Positions 35,401 to 48,824 of a DNA stretch of 64,000 nucleotides are shown in pieces; the first letter of the stretch is position 1; each line of letters begins with the position of its first letter. The stretch covers positions 19,096,001 to 19,160,000 of the forward strand of contig NC_092671.1 in the NCBI RefSeq assembly GCF_964355755.1. Direction: 5' to 3'. The notes beneath the pieces are model-generated. The model worked only from the letters and a program-made list of their open reading frames with translations. It was not told the origin of the DNA and ran no database searches. Made by a program: the position numbers and the translations under genes. Source of the DNA: Antedon mediterranea (lineage: Eukaryota > Animalia > Echinodermata).

Positions 35401-36459
35401 TATATGGGTTCAATGATGTTTCACTGTGTTACAGATGCTTAGACAGTCTCTCGTTTGTGATAAAAATTAATTAATATCAACTAGTAGTATGATAGGCAAT
35501 TGCACAACTCGGTGACAGTGATTAAAATAGTAGTATGGGTCCAAACATTTGAGAGAAATATTAAATGGTCTTAAAATATGACTAGGCATTGATATGCACA
35601 AGCAATACAAAGACAAAGCTAAACAGGGGCTAGTAGGGTTATCCTCAATCATCACGTTCCACAAAATTAAAATGACAATTTTATTTAATATAACATAAAG
35701 CATAGAGTTTTGACTGGATATTGAATCCAGGATCCAGAGGGTAAATGAACAACATCTTTTAAGCGTAATCTAAGTTAGTACAAAGTCACTACTGATTAAG
35801 TCAAGACACAGACTAGGCTGATGGACAGAGTGTTCGACTCTAGATGACACCCCTACTTCATATAGGAATAAATAGTTCTAAAATAGTTAATATTTCCAAC
35901 ATCTATGTGTACCCAAGGGGAAATGGGAATTAATACATAAGACATGGCAATTGGTTAGTATATTTGTTCACACGTCACATGATTTTGTAGAAAATAAATG
36001 TGGATCAAAGCGATAACACTACTGCTACGTGTCAAATATTTCAGCCAATATAGACGTGTGTACAATGCAATTTACTGTTTCAGAGGCAGCATGATTCCAC
36101 TTTACAATGTTTTTCAACATAACTGTGCAAAAATACATCATAGTTATGAAATAAGACAAATTAAGATAAAGGCAATATCAAATCAAGTTAAGATTTTTAA
36201 TTCTAAAAAGGAAATTTAAGGTCTGCTGGAAGAAGGGTTTCTTTTCCAAATGAAGAGGAAGGCTTCGTTTCGAAATATATGCTATGGATTTTGTAAATTG
36301 CTACTACAATAATATGATTTTTTAGCATATTCCCTGCCAATTTTACATATTTGCCATTGGAAATAGACAAGAAGAAAATATTCATTTGATTCAATTTATT
36401 GAAAAAAAATTGTAAAATAAATATACGAGGCTTGGTTGTTGAGATAATTAAGGGTTGTA

Positions 36460-36651
36460 TAGGTCATTAATATATTGCTATACCCCACAGAGGGGGCTTC
36501 TCTTCAAGATGGGCTCCTTTTCAATGGCTTCTTTTCAAGCTTTTATGAGGTACTGTATTACGAAAGTATATAAGAAAGTACTATCGTAAAAGCTTGAAAA
36601 GAAGCCCATCTTGAAGCCCCTCTGTGGTTATAGCAATATATTAATGACTTA
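36460..36651. mobile_element. Foldback/palindromic MITE
   Basis: GTCATTAATATATTGCTATA..CCACAGAGGGG..CTTCAAGATGGGCT..TTTTCAAGCTTTTA is mirrored by TAAAAGCTTGAAAAGAAGCCCATCTTGAAGCCCCTCTGTGG..TATAGCAATATATTAATGAC. Confidence 0.8.
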
Positions 36652-37706
36652 CACATTAAATTTAATTAACGTACACAATTAAATAAAAATTTAATGATTA
36701 ATATAAGAGATGATGATGACAATAATGATTTATGATAATAAACTGATTAATGAATAGACGATATTATATTGACTATGGAAATCCTTTTGCAATTAAATTA
36801 ATCCAACATAAATTCTCTAAAATATATTATTTACTATCTGCATATATTCTAATCTCTCAACACCAGTTCCACATAATCATAAATTAATATACAATAATTC
36901 TAATATTTTGTATTTAATTATAACCAACATAAAAGGTATGTTTCCAATAAATTCAAGGTGGGAAGTAGTGTTATCAGTCAGCAAGCAGTGAGTGTGTACT
37001 AAGATTAGGAGCCGGTCAGTCTACCCCTCCCATACTGTGCTGCAGCCAGCCACAAGATGGGAGCTTGTTAGTGACTGACAACTTGCAATTGGTACAAGAT
37101 TACAAATCCATTATAGACCAATCAGCACAGGGTGTTGCTGCACAATTACCGCATAAAGTCCCATATTTTAACACTTCTCAAAATCTATTTTTGCAGTTAA
37201 GAGAGATGAAAATCATAGTTTTGATATCAAGCGATGAAACAAATGAGTATGAATATGGATATTTGTCTGGATTTCAGGCAGCTCAGAAGTTATTAAATTG
37301 GATATACCCGATACAGAGTATTGATTGTATAGACCTACTTATTATCTACTATAAAAAAAAAGTGATAATCAATAAACACAATGCACTTTTTAAAACTTCT
37401 AGTCTTTATATCGTAGTTAGGAATAGAAAGTTCCTAAACATGCAACATGTATCATCACATTAAAAAATATACAGTATCTTTATCATGAGGAAATTAAAAT
37501 CAGGGTACAATAATACAGTACAACAATCACAACTCTATGGGCATGTTTCTGCTGCCAAATAAATATCATGTATAAACGGTATATTTTGGTGCTCGCAAAA
37601 ATATACCGTATAAAATATACCTTATTTTTCCCCCAATAAATTTGTAAATAAAATATGGTTATGTATAAATTTATACGATATTTTGTACCCTTTTCTGCTG
37701 ACAATA

Positions 37707-37822
37707 AACAAGGCCATATACTGTACTGCAGTCGCGTGCTCAAATTTGAGTTAGTGTTTACTGACCGACCGACATAGTGAGCTGTAGAGTCGCGTTGCAC
37801 GTGATTATCACGCGACTAAAAA
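37707..37822 (-). mobile_element. Mini DINE-1/HINE-like element (same family)
   Basis: Reverse strand reads TTTTTAGTCGCGTG..CGCGACTCTACAGCTCACTATGTCGGTCGGTC..GAGCACGCGACT..GGCCTTGTT, so both termini are present. Confidence 0.7.
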
Positions 37823-40222
37823 TATCGTTTGTTTTGATTTTCTGTAAGATTTTTACACATGGATAGTCAGTCTGTAGTCAACGAAACGAACAATATCACA
37901 ACATTTGCAATTAATCTTTTGGGGAAACAAAGATTTCGGGAAAATTAAAAGGGAACAAACATGACAGCCAGATTTAGAAAGATAATTTTGCAAAAATTAA
38001 AGGAGAGTACAGGGTGCGGACTTGTCATTGAAACAAGTCAATACAAAATAGACGGTGAGAGCAGACGCTACAACATCACCAAAGAAAACCAATTCTAATT
38101 CAGGCAAGGAAGAAATAACTCGAAAGGCAGGTTGGGTAAAAAAGATAATTTTAACATGACCACCCAAGATAGTACTTCTAGCAACATGGTATTCAAAATA
38201 TGGTATAAAATATAGCGTTTTTTATACCGTATTTTGAGGATATGCAGCAGAAACAGGTATAAAATAGAGAATCTTAAAAAGTTATAACATTTTTAAGATA
38301 AGATAATATAAAATGTATTTAACAAATTTATATGAATTCTTTTTATACGGTAAAATGGTGGCCATGAGGCAACATTTCACAGTCCTGATTAAGATCATTG
38401 TTTAACTTTGTTTACTAATAATACTATATATTCCTATGCAATCAGCTACATGTTGGGCATGTAGTTCTACTTCTGATAGAATAGTTATTTCATCAGAATA
38501 CATAAATTGCAACAACAAAAAACACTCTTCTTTTAAAAAGAATAAGTAATACATGTTTCTTATGTGTTCTACACAAATCAGTACTATAAGAACTTTCTTT
38601 TTCCATAAATAGTCCCTGGGAATTTCTTAGACATTTTAAATACAGGCAAGTCCTGCCCATTACAATAAAAAAAAAATGATACCAAGTTCTCTGAAAATAC
38701 AATTATTTCTTGGTTAAGTAAATTAAACACATCTAGAATAGTTGTTTAAATGTTGAGAGATCCAACAGATATGAAAACACAACACAAAGAAGTGATAAGA
38801 TTTGTATTAAAATGTAGATCTTGGAAAGAAGTCATGAATTCTACTACAAATAGAAATGCGCTATTAGTATTTTAATATAGTATTTATTTTTGCAGGTAGT
38901 AGGGCGTATATTTGGGGAAAAAATCGCCCATGGCATGTATTTGAGGGGCGCTTATTCCAAAAGATGTTGTATGGGGAGGGGGGTGGTTGTGTCTATTCGA
39001 CGGGGGAGTTTATTCAAAGTGGGGCATTTGTTTGAATAAATACTGTACTGAAAAACCTACACAAAAAAATAATTAAGCCTAATAATTACTTTTGATTAGG
39101 AAAATAATGAATTCCTAATTGTAAAATAAGTAATTGATACTATGTGTTAACAGCTTGGAACAATCAGCTATAAAGCACAAAATATTCATTGTCAATAAAG
39201 TACTGTAACTGTGTAAATCAGATTTGAGGTATTACAAGAAAGTAAGTAGAGTAGGTAAAAAGGAATGAGAGTATTTAATAGTACACATGTTTACAGGGAA
39301 AATGGACAATAGGGCTAGGGAAAAGAAGTTGAAAAGCAATTTGTAGCAATTTCAACAGCTGTCAAATCCAAAATCAGAAACATTAATCTTAAGGTACCTT
39401 ATTCCTACTATATTACGCCACCATGCATTAGGCCTAGGTATTTATCACAACTCCAAAGTTGTGAAGCCATCTGCTAGACGGCCGACTTCTGCTGACTTGG
39501 ACAATTTGTAGGCTCTCCCAAGGGTGATTACGCCTGGAGCCAGTATAGTAAGACTGGAGCCGTAAAGACTACCGTGCTAAGCGACAGTGAATTTTGCACG
39601 CCATATACCACACAGGTGTAGGAAATGGCCAATAAAGTGACAAAATCTAATCAACGAAAGAGCATTCATATATTTTCATGATTGTATATGTATAGTTTTA
39701 TTACAATCATAATTACTGATGATTTATTTGAACAAAGAACGTTTTAGATTTTCAATTGAATTGGCTATAAGTGAAATCATAATTTTGTTTTTCTTTTGTC
39801 GTGTGTATGCAATAAATCTGAAATTGTTATGGAATATCATAAATTTTATATCATTTTCTCTTTACTTGTAATCTTTAAATTGTGATCAGATTTTCACTAT
39901 ATTAGGCAATACATTTTTATGGCTTTTATAAAATTATCAATTTGCTTTTAATTTATGAAATCAATTTTTATGTTACAGGTGTAGATTTATGTAATGCTTT
40001 GGATATAATTATGTGATTTGACTGAACCCAATATTAACAGGGCATCTTTGGGACCTACCAACCTTTGGAATCCTTTAATAAGGGTGTCCCGTAGTATCGA
40101 AACAATTAATCCCCTTGTTCATTTTACAGTAAAATGTTCCCTTATAGGTGTATACACAGATTTCTATAGTATATTATATAACAAATCTTTCCAGGTATTA
40201 CGCAATGATGTAATTTTACTAA

Positions 40223-41280
40223 GACCCCATTTACACTTCAGCTTTTAGCGAGCCCGAGGCCGGCTCCGAGCCAAAAGTGCACAAGTGTAAACACTCTGGG
40301 ACCAACCGAGCCGGCCTCGAGCCGGCTCAATTTTGAGCCTAGTCTAGAGTAGGCTTCGGGCCGGCAATTGCAGGCGTCGGGCCGGCACTTCGTATAGTGT
40401 AAACACTCGCGGTCATAAAATGAACGTTCTGGGTCAACTATAGTTTAAGTTTACGAAAATTATTGCTGATGAACGGGAATTCTTCATTGAAATTAAATTG
40501 GTGAAGATGTATACGCCTTTTTCACGAAACGGAAGACATCTTCGATCGATGACAAACAATGCCGTGCAACGAAGCGTAACCAACAGAAATAACATAGCGT
40601 TTTCAGGGGATTTCAGGACACCATGCGGCGCCTATGCTTTACACTGTGGTGTTTTTTTCGCTGGCCTTTAAGAAGTGAAAACAAATTTTATAATTTTTTT
40701 CAAACACACAGTTGTGTAGGCTAATCTTTAAAGAACATTTTACAGTAAAAATTTTGTCCATACGACTGTCCGTTGAGGAGTTACGAATTAATGGAGTAAC
40801 TTGTCCTGAAAATAGGCTGAAAACGCTATGTTATTTCTGTTGGTTACGCTTCGTTGCAGGGCATTGTTTGTCATCGATCGAAAATGTCTTCCGTTCGCGA
40901 AAAAGGCGTATTGATCTACTACTATTCTTCAGAAAACGAGACGCAAACATTAGTAGTAAAGCAATTGTTTTGATCCATATTAAATACCGTTATTTGATTC
41001 TTTTTTGCTAAATTTTGATAGGCCTAGGCCTAGTGTAGATCGACAACGTTTAATATTAACTTTTTAAGACGGTTGGTGAGCGCACATGAGCGGATATGAC
41101 GTGAATGTAGCAAAATCGTATCATCGAGCACTCTTCCGCGAGAGCAAGTGTAAACACAATAGTAGGGGCCCGAGGCCGGCTTTTTGGGTAAGTGTAAACA
41201 CATTGCGGGCTAAAAAGAAAGCCGGCGTCGGGCCGACTTCGGGCCGGCTAAGCAATCGTCGATGAAGTGTAAATGGGGTC
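40223..41280. mobile_element. PIF/Harbinger-like non-autonomous element, copy 1 (contains a nested MITE)
   Basis: TIRs GACCCCATTTACACTTCA / TGAAGTGTAAATGGGGTC with 3-bp TSD TAA. GC-rich subterminal repeats with recurring GTGTAAACA. Confidence 0.88.
40513..40909. mobile_element. Nested MITE with ~105-bp TIRs
   Basis: ACGCCTTTTTCACGAAACGGAAGACAT..TTTCAGGACA is mirrored at about 40802-40909. The element is absent from the sister copy near 52300, which shows the empty site. Confidence 0.88.
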
Positions 41281-41849
41281 TAACCAAACGTGAGGGTTCA
41301 TAAAAGCCAATCATTTGGAATTGTTCAAACTAACTGCCATAATATATGCATGCGTCGTGTTGCATCGCTTGCACACATCGAACCAAGCTTCAGAAGATTG
41401 ATTGTTAGTCATATCTACTTTTAAGTTGATGTGAATGAATGGCAAACTTTTAACAAGTATTATAACTTTTGACAAAAACATTTGTTACCTAGCATTGTAC
41501 ATGTAGCAAACCATTGGTGCAGGAATTAGTTTAGACATTGCCCTGTTCAAATGTTGTTATCATTGTCGCCCTTTTTTGGTCATTGGGCATGAATCAGGAT
41601 CTATGTCTGACTCCCTTATGGGATGTCAAATGAGACAAATGTTGAAGACAATTAACAACAGATGATCTAACACTTCTGGTTTGTTAAATAACTAACTATT
41701 TCTTATGCATAGCAATAGGAACTCATGCAGCAATCCTGTCCATATTGTATATTTTTATACCAACAATGGACAGAATGCTAGATTACCATATTTGCTTTTT
41801 TTTAATGAAAAACCCATGCAGCAATCCTGTCCACATGTCTAATGGTTGG

Positions 41850-41985
41850 GACATCCGGGTTCGAATCTCGATTGGGGGGGGGGGCGCAAATTTTTCTCAT
41901 TCTCACAGATTACCTCATCTTATCCTTTCAAATTAATAGATTAAAATTTCAGTAAATCATATATATTTATATATATAAATCATAC
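41850..41985 (+). mobile_element. tRNA-derived SINE 3' fragment with (TA)n tail
   Basis: B-box-like GGGTTCGAATCTC followed by ATTCTCACAGATTACCTCATCTTATCCTTTCAAATT and a TA-rich tail. The same 36-mer (2 mismatches) occurs inverted at about 9105-9140 beside (AT)n at 9070-9104. Confidence 0.55.
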
Positions 41986-44900
41986 TGCCAAATTATTGAA
42001 ACAGTGCTCATATTCGGAACATGATCTCATAATCGCATTTTTAGTTGTATATGACATTTTTTCATACAACTAATACCCAAGTCTCCTGTTAACTGTGAGA
42101 GTTTCTTAATGTTGGTGCAGTACCTAAAGTGCTTCCTTGGACTCAATCTAACACTAGCCGTATTCAAGTTATCTATTGTAAACAATTGATAAATTCTAGG
42201 CCGGGAAGGTAGGCCATTAAAAAAGGCAGTGTTCCAACTTCAGACGCGGAGTAGAACAGTGAGACGGCGCGCACTGCCAGTTGATTTTCTGAACGCAATC
42301 AGTCAACAACCTTGAGTGGCAAAAATTCCCAAAATGTTTGCAGAAAACTGAACGTGCATTAGTACCGTTCATTATCACCGTTCATTATCACCATTAGATA
42401 TGACTTTTTCCACTGACAAGTGATGCCTAATTGACCAATCAAATTGCAAGAATACAATCAGGTGTTATAAAAACAAATTTTACCTTTTAATGTTGAACAG
42501 TCACTTACTATTGAATATTTTATTCTATGAATTCGAAATGAGGATGACCTAATAAGCTACAATGTGAAAAACATTTGGCGCCTGTATCACTTCCTAATAA
42601 TTCCTACCTTTTCAAATACTAATGACACATGACATTGAAAAAAAATCAAATATATAAGCAAAATTTAATCTATATTTAAATCGTCAAATAAATGATCATT
42701 CCTGGATTTTTCATTTAAAGTTGACAAAAGCAGTTGTGTTTTAAACACCTTCTCAAAAGTACAAATATTATAAAATATTTTAATGTTTAACTTATTACAT
42801 TCTGGTTGATAAATTGTTGTTATGCTGTTATGAAATCAAGTTTTGTGTTTTTTAATGTTTGTTAATAAAGAAATAAGAAAAACAATTTTAAAAATTAAGA
42901 AAGAAAGGAAAGAATAAAGTAATTATAAATCATTAGTAAAAAGTTAAATTTTACTGATTTTTTTTTTGAAAAAAAAAATTAATTTCTTAAGTGCATATAC
43001 AGCATTAAATTATAATACAGGGGTGTTCCAGGAACTTTTCACTTTCGTATCTAAGCCCTCCCTCTGGAGAGCACGGGCTATTGTCGGTTTATACAGGTAA
43101 GCTAGGCACGATATAGACTATAACACACAGTCCATTTAATTTTCAATATGTGAAATAATTTTCGTTATCAAATGAGAAGGCTACATACACTTCACTATCT
43201 TTAATTTGAAGCTTTTAAAGTGGTTGCCAATGAGGGCGTTATCACATAATATGTTGTGTTCCCCAGGTTTTTATGATGGATGATGGGGCTCTTTTTTATT
43301 TACAATGTTGATCATACATATTATTATGCCTGTGGGCAGGAAATGGAGGTGACAAACACAGTTGAACAAATATTACAGGCCTGCACTCGTGAGGACATCC
43401 CGTCTACTGATCAAAGTGCATTGTAGGTTCAAAAAGTTGTATAGCCTGGGGGTAGGTCTGTAAAGTGATAGATGGAACAAAAGAGCCATCAATGTCAAAT
43501 GGCTTACAGGTAGCAATCCCCTTTAGATTCAACTGTCGCAGTTTAGCGGTCAGGGACTGTATCTAGAGGAGGGGTAAGAGAATTTGTCTAGTTTATTTTT
43601 CCACCATGTTGTCGCCACTCAGATTAGTTAAAAGAACCAAATATGCCTCTGGCTGTTTTAGGCTTTCCGTTTTAAATTTACTAATCCTAGGTCTTGTCTT
43701 TCACTCCCCATAGATCATTTTAGAAGGTTATGGCCAACGATAGAATAATGCGTGAAGTTGTCACGCGAAAACTCTCGTGTACATCGACAGAACTGTTAAC
43801 ACACCTGTTGGCAATCATTACATGATTGGATGTTAAAAAAATAGAGAATTTTATAAGAAAAAAATGCCAGTTTGCAAAGTATGGTTTACAAAACGATCTC
43901 CATGAATGTCACTTGAAAATGTATAGGTTTCAAGGTTTATTCATTGGAACAAATTTTTTAGCAATCATTTAGGGTTTGCTTCTGCTGCATAGCGCCGAAT
44001 AAACTGTTATTATTATTATACAAAATATAATTTTTACATCGACTACATTTCTGCTCAATGTTTGCTCCTAAAAAACGTTTAAATCAGTGGGTGGTCGTAT
44101 ATAATGCAATGGTGGTGAATTCTAACGTTACTGCAGTGTAGTTGACACAAGGTCAGCGTCTGTCAATCACATAACCATTATTTTGCATTGCAGCTAAAAG
44201 TTGCACAGCAATAACCGGTTAAATGGCGTTCTAACACCGAATCGATTGTTGTTTTTAAACCATTATTTTCAGCCTGCCATTTAACCGATTGCTGCAGAAA
44301 CCGGACCAATGTTGCACTTATTTTTATTCTCATCTATTCTAAAAATAAGCCAATAATGCACCTTTCGTTGTGACCCCTTATTCACACATAAATGTAAAAT
44401 GATGCACGATATTAGGCCAACCTCCTGTGTGAAGGGATAAGAACACTGAATTGCTACTGTAATATTGTCACAATTTCTATATAAAAAAATTAAATCTTGA
44501 ATTTCGAACAGTAACAGTATGAACACAGTGACAGTGTTAAACTTAGTGACCTCGATTTCATCCTATATTTTGCTTTTTATTTACCTTTAGAGGAAAAACA
44601 CTGAAATTTAATTTAACAAATAATCATCAAATTTGGAAAAAACAACATTAAGCAAATCACTAAATAAGCAAATCAACTATTTTTAATTACATGAGAAAAA
44701 CGTGCTGATAAGTTGTTTTTATTTGTTTCAGTATTTTGTATTCAGGGTGACTGCCAATCATTACTCCTCTGAGATTTGACTGCTTCTTCCAATACATCTC
44801 AACCTCAGCACAATCCAGAAGATACTCCACAGTTTAAACTGATGTCACCATGTCCAACTTAAATAACAATACGGAACGGCAAGGAGAAATTAATGTCTAA

Positions 44901-47351
44901 TTAATCGCTGCTTATGAGTATACCCAACTGAATTCATAGCATTCAACGCATAAACTATGATCTTTCCTCTTCTTAATTCTGTGTGTCAGTCGGTAACTGC
45001 ATCGCCTCAGATGAAACAGATGCGACGTTGAAACGTCTGTCATGTTTAAATATCGTCAATCAGACATAATTTTCCAAAAGTCAATTGTAAATGTAAAAGT
45101 ATACTGTAAGGATAGAATGGTGTGGAGACATACAACTTTTTAAAGGAATTTAATAACTTTAAATAAAGTGCATTAGTTATATACCAACAATATATTAATT
45201 ATAAATATCTATTCTTGGAAATTTTCAGACAAGTTGTCACTTTGATTAAAGAAGTTAAAGAAACACTGTGGTCATCATTTATACTAGTAAATGATCAGTT
45301 TCATTTTCATTCAAATGATTAATGTGTACGTGATATTTTTTAGATTATAAGACACCAGGATGTGTCACTATCATTTCAAACTATTTTCTTTAAAGGTAAA
45401 CGCAATTGTTAATGTTAGTCTCATCAAAATTAACTCAATTTATACAATTGGAAAATTAATTTATTGTTTTGCAATCTAGACGCCTCTTTATACAAATTAA
45501 ACTATATATAGATTTGTAACAAATATTTTGCTGTAGTCTTGTCAATTACAATTACCTGACTAGGTTATAATACCCAGTTTGAGTAACAAAATAGGTTTTA
45601 ATAAGAAAACAATACATGTTATATCCAAATTGTACTTTTAATTCAGAGAATAACTCAAACATGTGGGTCGATAGATTACACTTTTGAGTTTGCTACAATT
45701 TTGTCACTTTGATTGTAATTCATAAAACAAACTTCCTAGATTTGTTGATGAAATGGCGTCCTCGATCCAAGTTGATATTTAAAAACACTGTCCATAATAC
45801 AGCAACAGTCAGTCATTAGCTACACAGTAATGTTTTATTGGTTTAAGCAGGTCATTACTACATCTGCATAATGGCACTCTAGGGAGATTGCGTAAGATAA
45901 TAATACCATGCACCTAACAAAAAATAGCACATTCCTCTTTACGATTAGCACCTGAATGTAACAGTTTCCACTAGAGCTTGCCAGCATCGGACACATCCAA
46001 CTAGGCCTAGGTAACCGTTTTATCCTGTCTATTCCCTTGATAGATGTCATACTTCCCCTGCTAGTGCGTTGCCCTTGGTACATACAGTCTGCTTGGTGCC
46101 AACCCGTTAAATTCACCTCAATATGATTCTATTGGATTGCCCCACGAGATTTCATTTTAATACATAACACATCATGTACAAATGATACTTTTCTCCTATG
46201 ATGTTTTTTCTTTGGGATCAGACTTGTTGGGACCGGTGTAATATCTGTCCAATCCCTTCTTTCCTAGAGTACTATCGGAATTCGTTTCAGAATACCGCTT
46301 TTCTACGTAAATGTGTTGGCTTAACGCAATCGAAACTTGTGTTGTGCTGTTATCTATACAAGACAATTTGTGAAAATTATGGTAACTGAAAACTTTTATT
46401 TTCCTTTTAAAAGGTAACAATAGATTTGAAATGTGATGCAAAATTGTAAATTATGAATCAAGTTATATTGTTCTTATCAAGGTACATGCAAAGCATCATC
46501 TGTAAAACATATTTTTACCATTTAAATGATAAAATTGTTGTACTGTTGTAAATCAAAATATTAAAGATGATTTCCTGACATCAACAACATTTATAACTAA
46601 TTGTTGCAAATAATCTAATCTAAATTTTATAAAATCACAGATAGTTTTTTTTTAAGTGAATCTGGTGCTCTTTTAACTGCGAGGACAAAAATAGAGGGAG
46701 CTTTTTGATTAATTTGTTAATGTCGCATAAAGGTACCATATGTTGAAGTGTATAAACCATATTGACAATATACAAAATATGAATCAAGTACGTTGATCAT
46801 CCGTATAGTCATCATATTTGACATGTACTTCCTTCGTACCACCCTATTCACCCACCTACACGATCATCCAAACCTTTTACCTTGGCATTGCACATATGCA
46901 TAAAACTTTCCCAAAATAAATCAGCCCATCAGTCAAATTTCTATGAATTCATGTCTCAACTGTCATATTTAATTTAGATTATGAACAGTAGTTTTTTTAC
47001 ATATCTGGTACAAGACATCATTCGGTATCAGTCCTTAAATAACCTTGATTTAGTGATTAATTATTATCACATCTCAGGTTCAAATAATTATCTATTAGTT
47101 AAAATTTCTGTAATGTTTTACAAGATTATTATGAACTGATTCAGTATCTAGAATCAGAGATAAATTAGTACATTGGTGGTTTTAATCAGACAGTAATTTC
47201 AAAGAACTTTAGATTTGCAGGGACTGACAACTTCTTGGTCAGGTCAATTGATGCGTCGCCTGTTATCACGTACCTAGAAACCATCCAAACTGTGTTGAGG
47301 TGGGAAGCAAGTAAATGCATCCCAATATTCCTGCATGCGCACAGTGACAAT

Positions 47352-48824
47352 GGGCCTGTTTCTGCCGAGCAGAAATAATCGATTATTAACCGATTATTTT
47401 TTTAATCAATTATTTTTGGGCAGCAGAAACTGCGCAAAATAAAATAACTACGGTGGCCTATAAGTGTCACGGCAACTTTCAAAAAATATCACGGCAACTT
47501 TCAAAAAAAGCCACGGCAACTTAAAAAAAAAGCCATGGCAATTTGAAAAAAGCCACGGCAAATTAAAAATAAAACATCACAGCAAATTAAAAATAAAACA
47601 TCGCGGCAATTTAACAAAAATACCACGGCAGCTTAAAAATGAAACACCACGGCAAATTAGTATTGAAACACCACGGCAAATTAGTAATGAAACACCACAG
47701 CAAACCTTTGGAATCTTCGATTTTTTCTGAGGTAAGTAATTATTTGTGCATTGAAGTAAATATTATTATATTAATTTATTATATTTAACTGCAGCATTTA
47801 CGTGTTTATTGCACTAGGTAAGGCCTAGCTATGCCTACTACTAGCCCTAGGCCTTAGGCCTACAGTAGTAGCTAGGTCTACTGTAAAAACAACTGGTTAT
47901 ATAAAAAACAGATTACTGTAAATATATTACAACATTGTAGAATGTTATAGGGCCTAGGCCTACCTTGTAATAAGGCCTATGGTCTAGCCCGGCCTAGAAA
48001 ATTCAAGAAGAGTGCAATAAACACGTAAACTGCTGCAGTTAAATAAATTAATATAATAATATTTACATCAATGCACAAATAATTACTTACCTCAGAAAAA
48101 ATCGAAGAATCATTTTTAAGTTGCCCTGGTATTTTTGTTAAATTGCCGCGATGTTTTATTTTTAATTTGCCGTGATGTTTTATTTTTAATTTGCCGTGGC
48201 TTTTTTCAAATTGCCGTGGCTTTTTTTGAAAAACTTGCCGTGATATTTTTTGAAAGTTGCCGTGACACTTATAGGCCACCGTAAATAACCGATTAAAAAT
48301 AACCGATTAGAAACACTCAATCCATTGCGTGTTTTAATCGATTATTTCGTGTTTTAATCGATTATTTCTTGTTTTAACCGATTATTGCGGAGCAGTTTTG
48401 AGCTGCAACACAAATAGCGATTATTGACCCCACTTTGACCTCTAGAGTATGGCAAACTCATTCACGTTACAAAGCATGCTGTTTATATGCGCGATATCGA
48501 CGACGATCAGCAAAACAACGATCGCGATGTAGACCGAATAACAATCAAATTTGATTTTTATTATTTTGTGGGGGAGAATTATACCGAGAGACTCCAGGAT
48601 TCTGTGTTACAAGTACACCACCGTTACATCCCACCAGTCCAGGCTAACAATGTTTTACATGTCCTTTTTTAGGCCTGTTGTCTGTTGACTTGTTTTGGTA
48701 GAAATATATAGCCAGCTATATAGGCTAAAGTTGTAGCAATTTTCAATTGCAACGCGATTATTTTTGTGGTTTGCGGTGACTAGAAAAAATCGATTATTTT
48801 GATTTTTTCAGCAGAAACAGACCC
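47352..48824. mobile_element. Harbinger/PHIS-like non-autonomous element with AATCGATTATT subterminal repeats
   Basis: TIRs GGGCCTGTTTCTGC / GCAGAAACAGACCC with 3-bp TSD AAT; repeated AA(T/C)CGATTATT. Confidence 0.8.
47451..48281. mobile_element. TA-flanked foldback element with long tandem-repeat TIRs, nested in 47352-48824
   Basis: TA|CGGTGGCCTATAAGTGTCACGGCAA .. TTGCCGTGACACTTATAGGCCACCG|TA. The arms are built of ~20-25-bp CACGGCAA repeats, with mirror identity extending to about 47815 and 48010. Confidence 0.9.

Noticed and set aside
45835-46116. 93-aa GC-richer ORF
   Set aside because: GTG start, no recognisable domain and no convincing splice sites.
47464-48279. Two similar Lys/His-rich ORFs on opposite strands
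   Set aside because: They are mirror translations of the foldback element's repeat arms.
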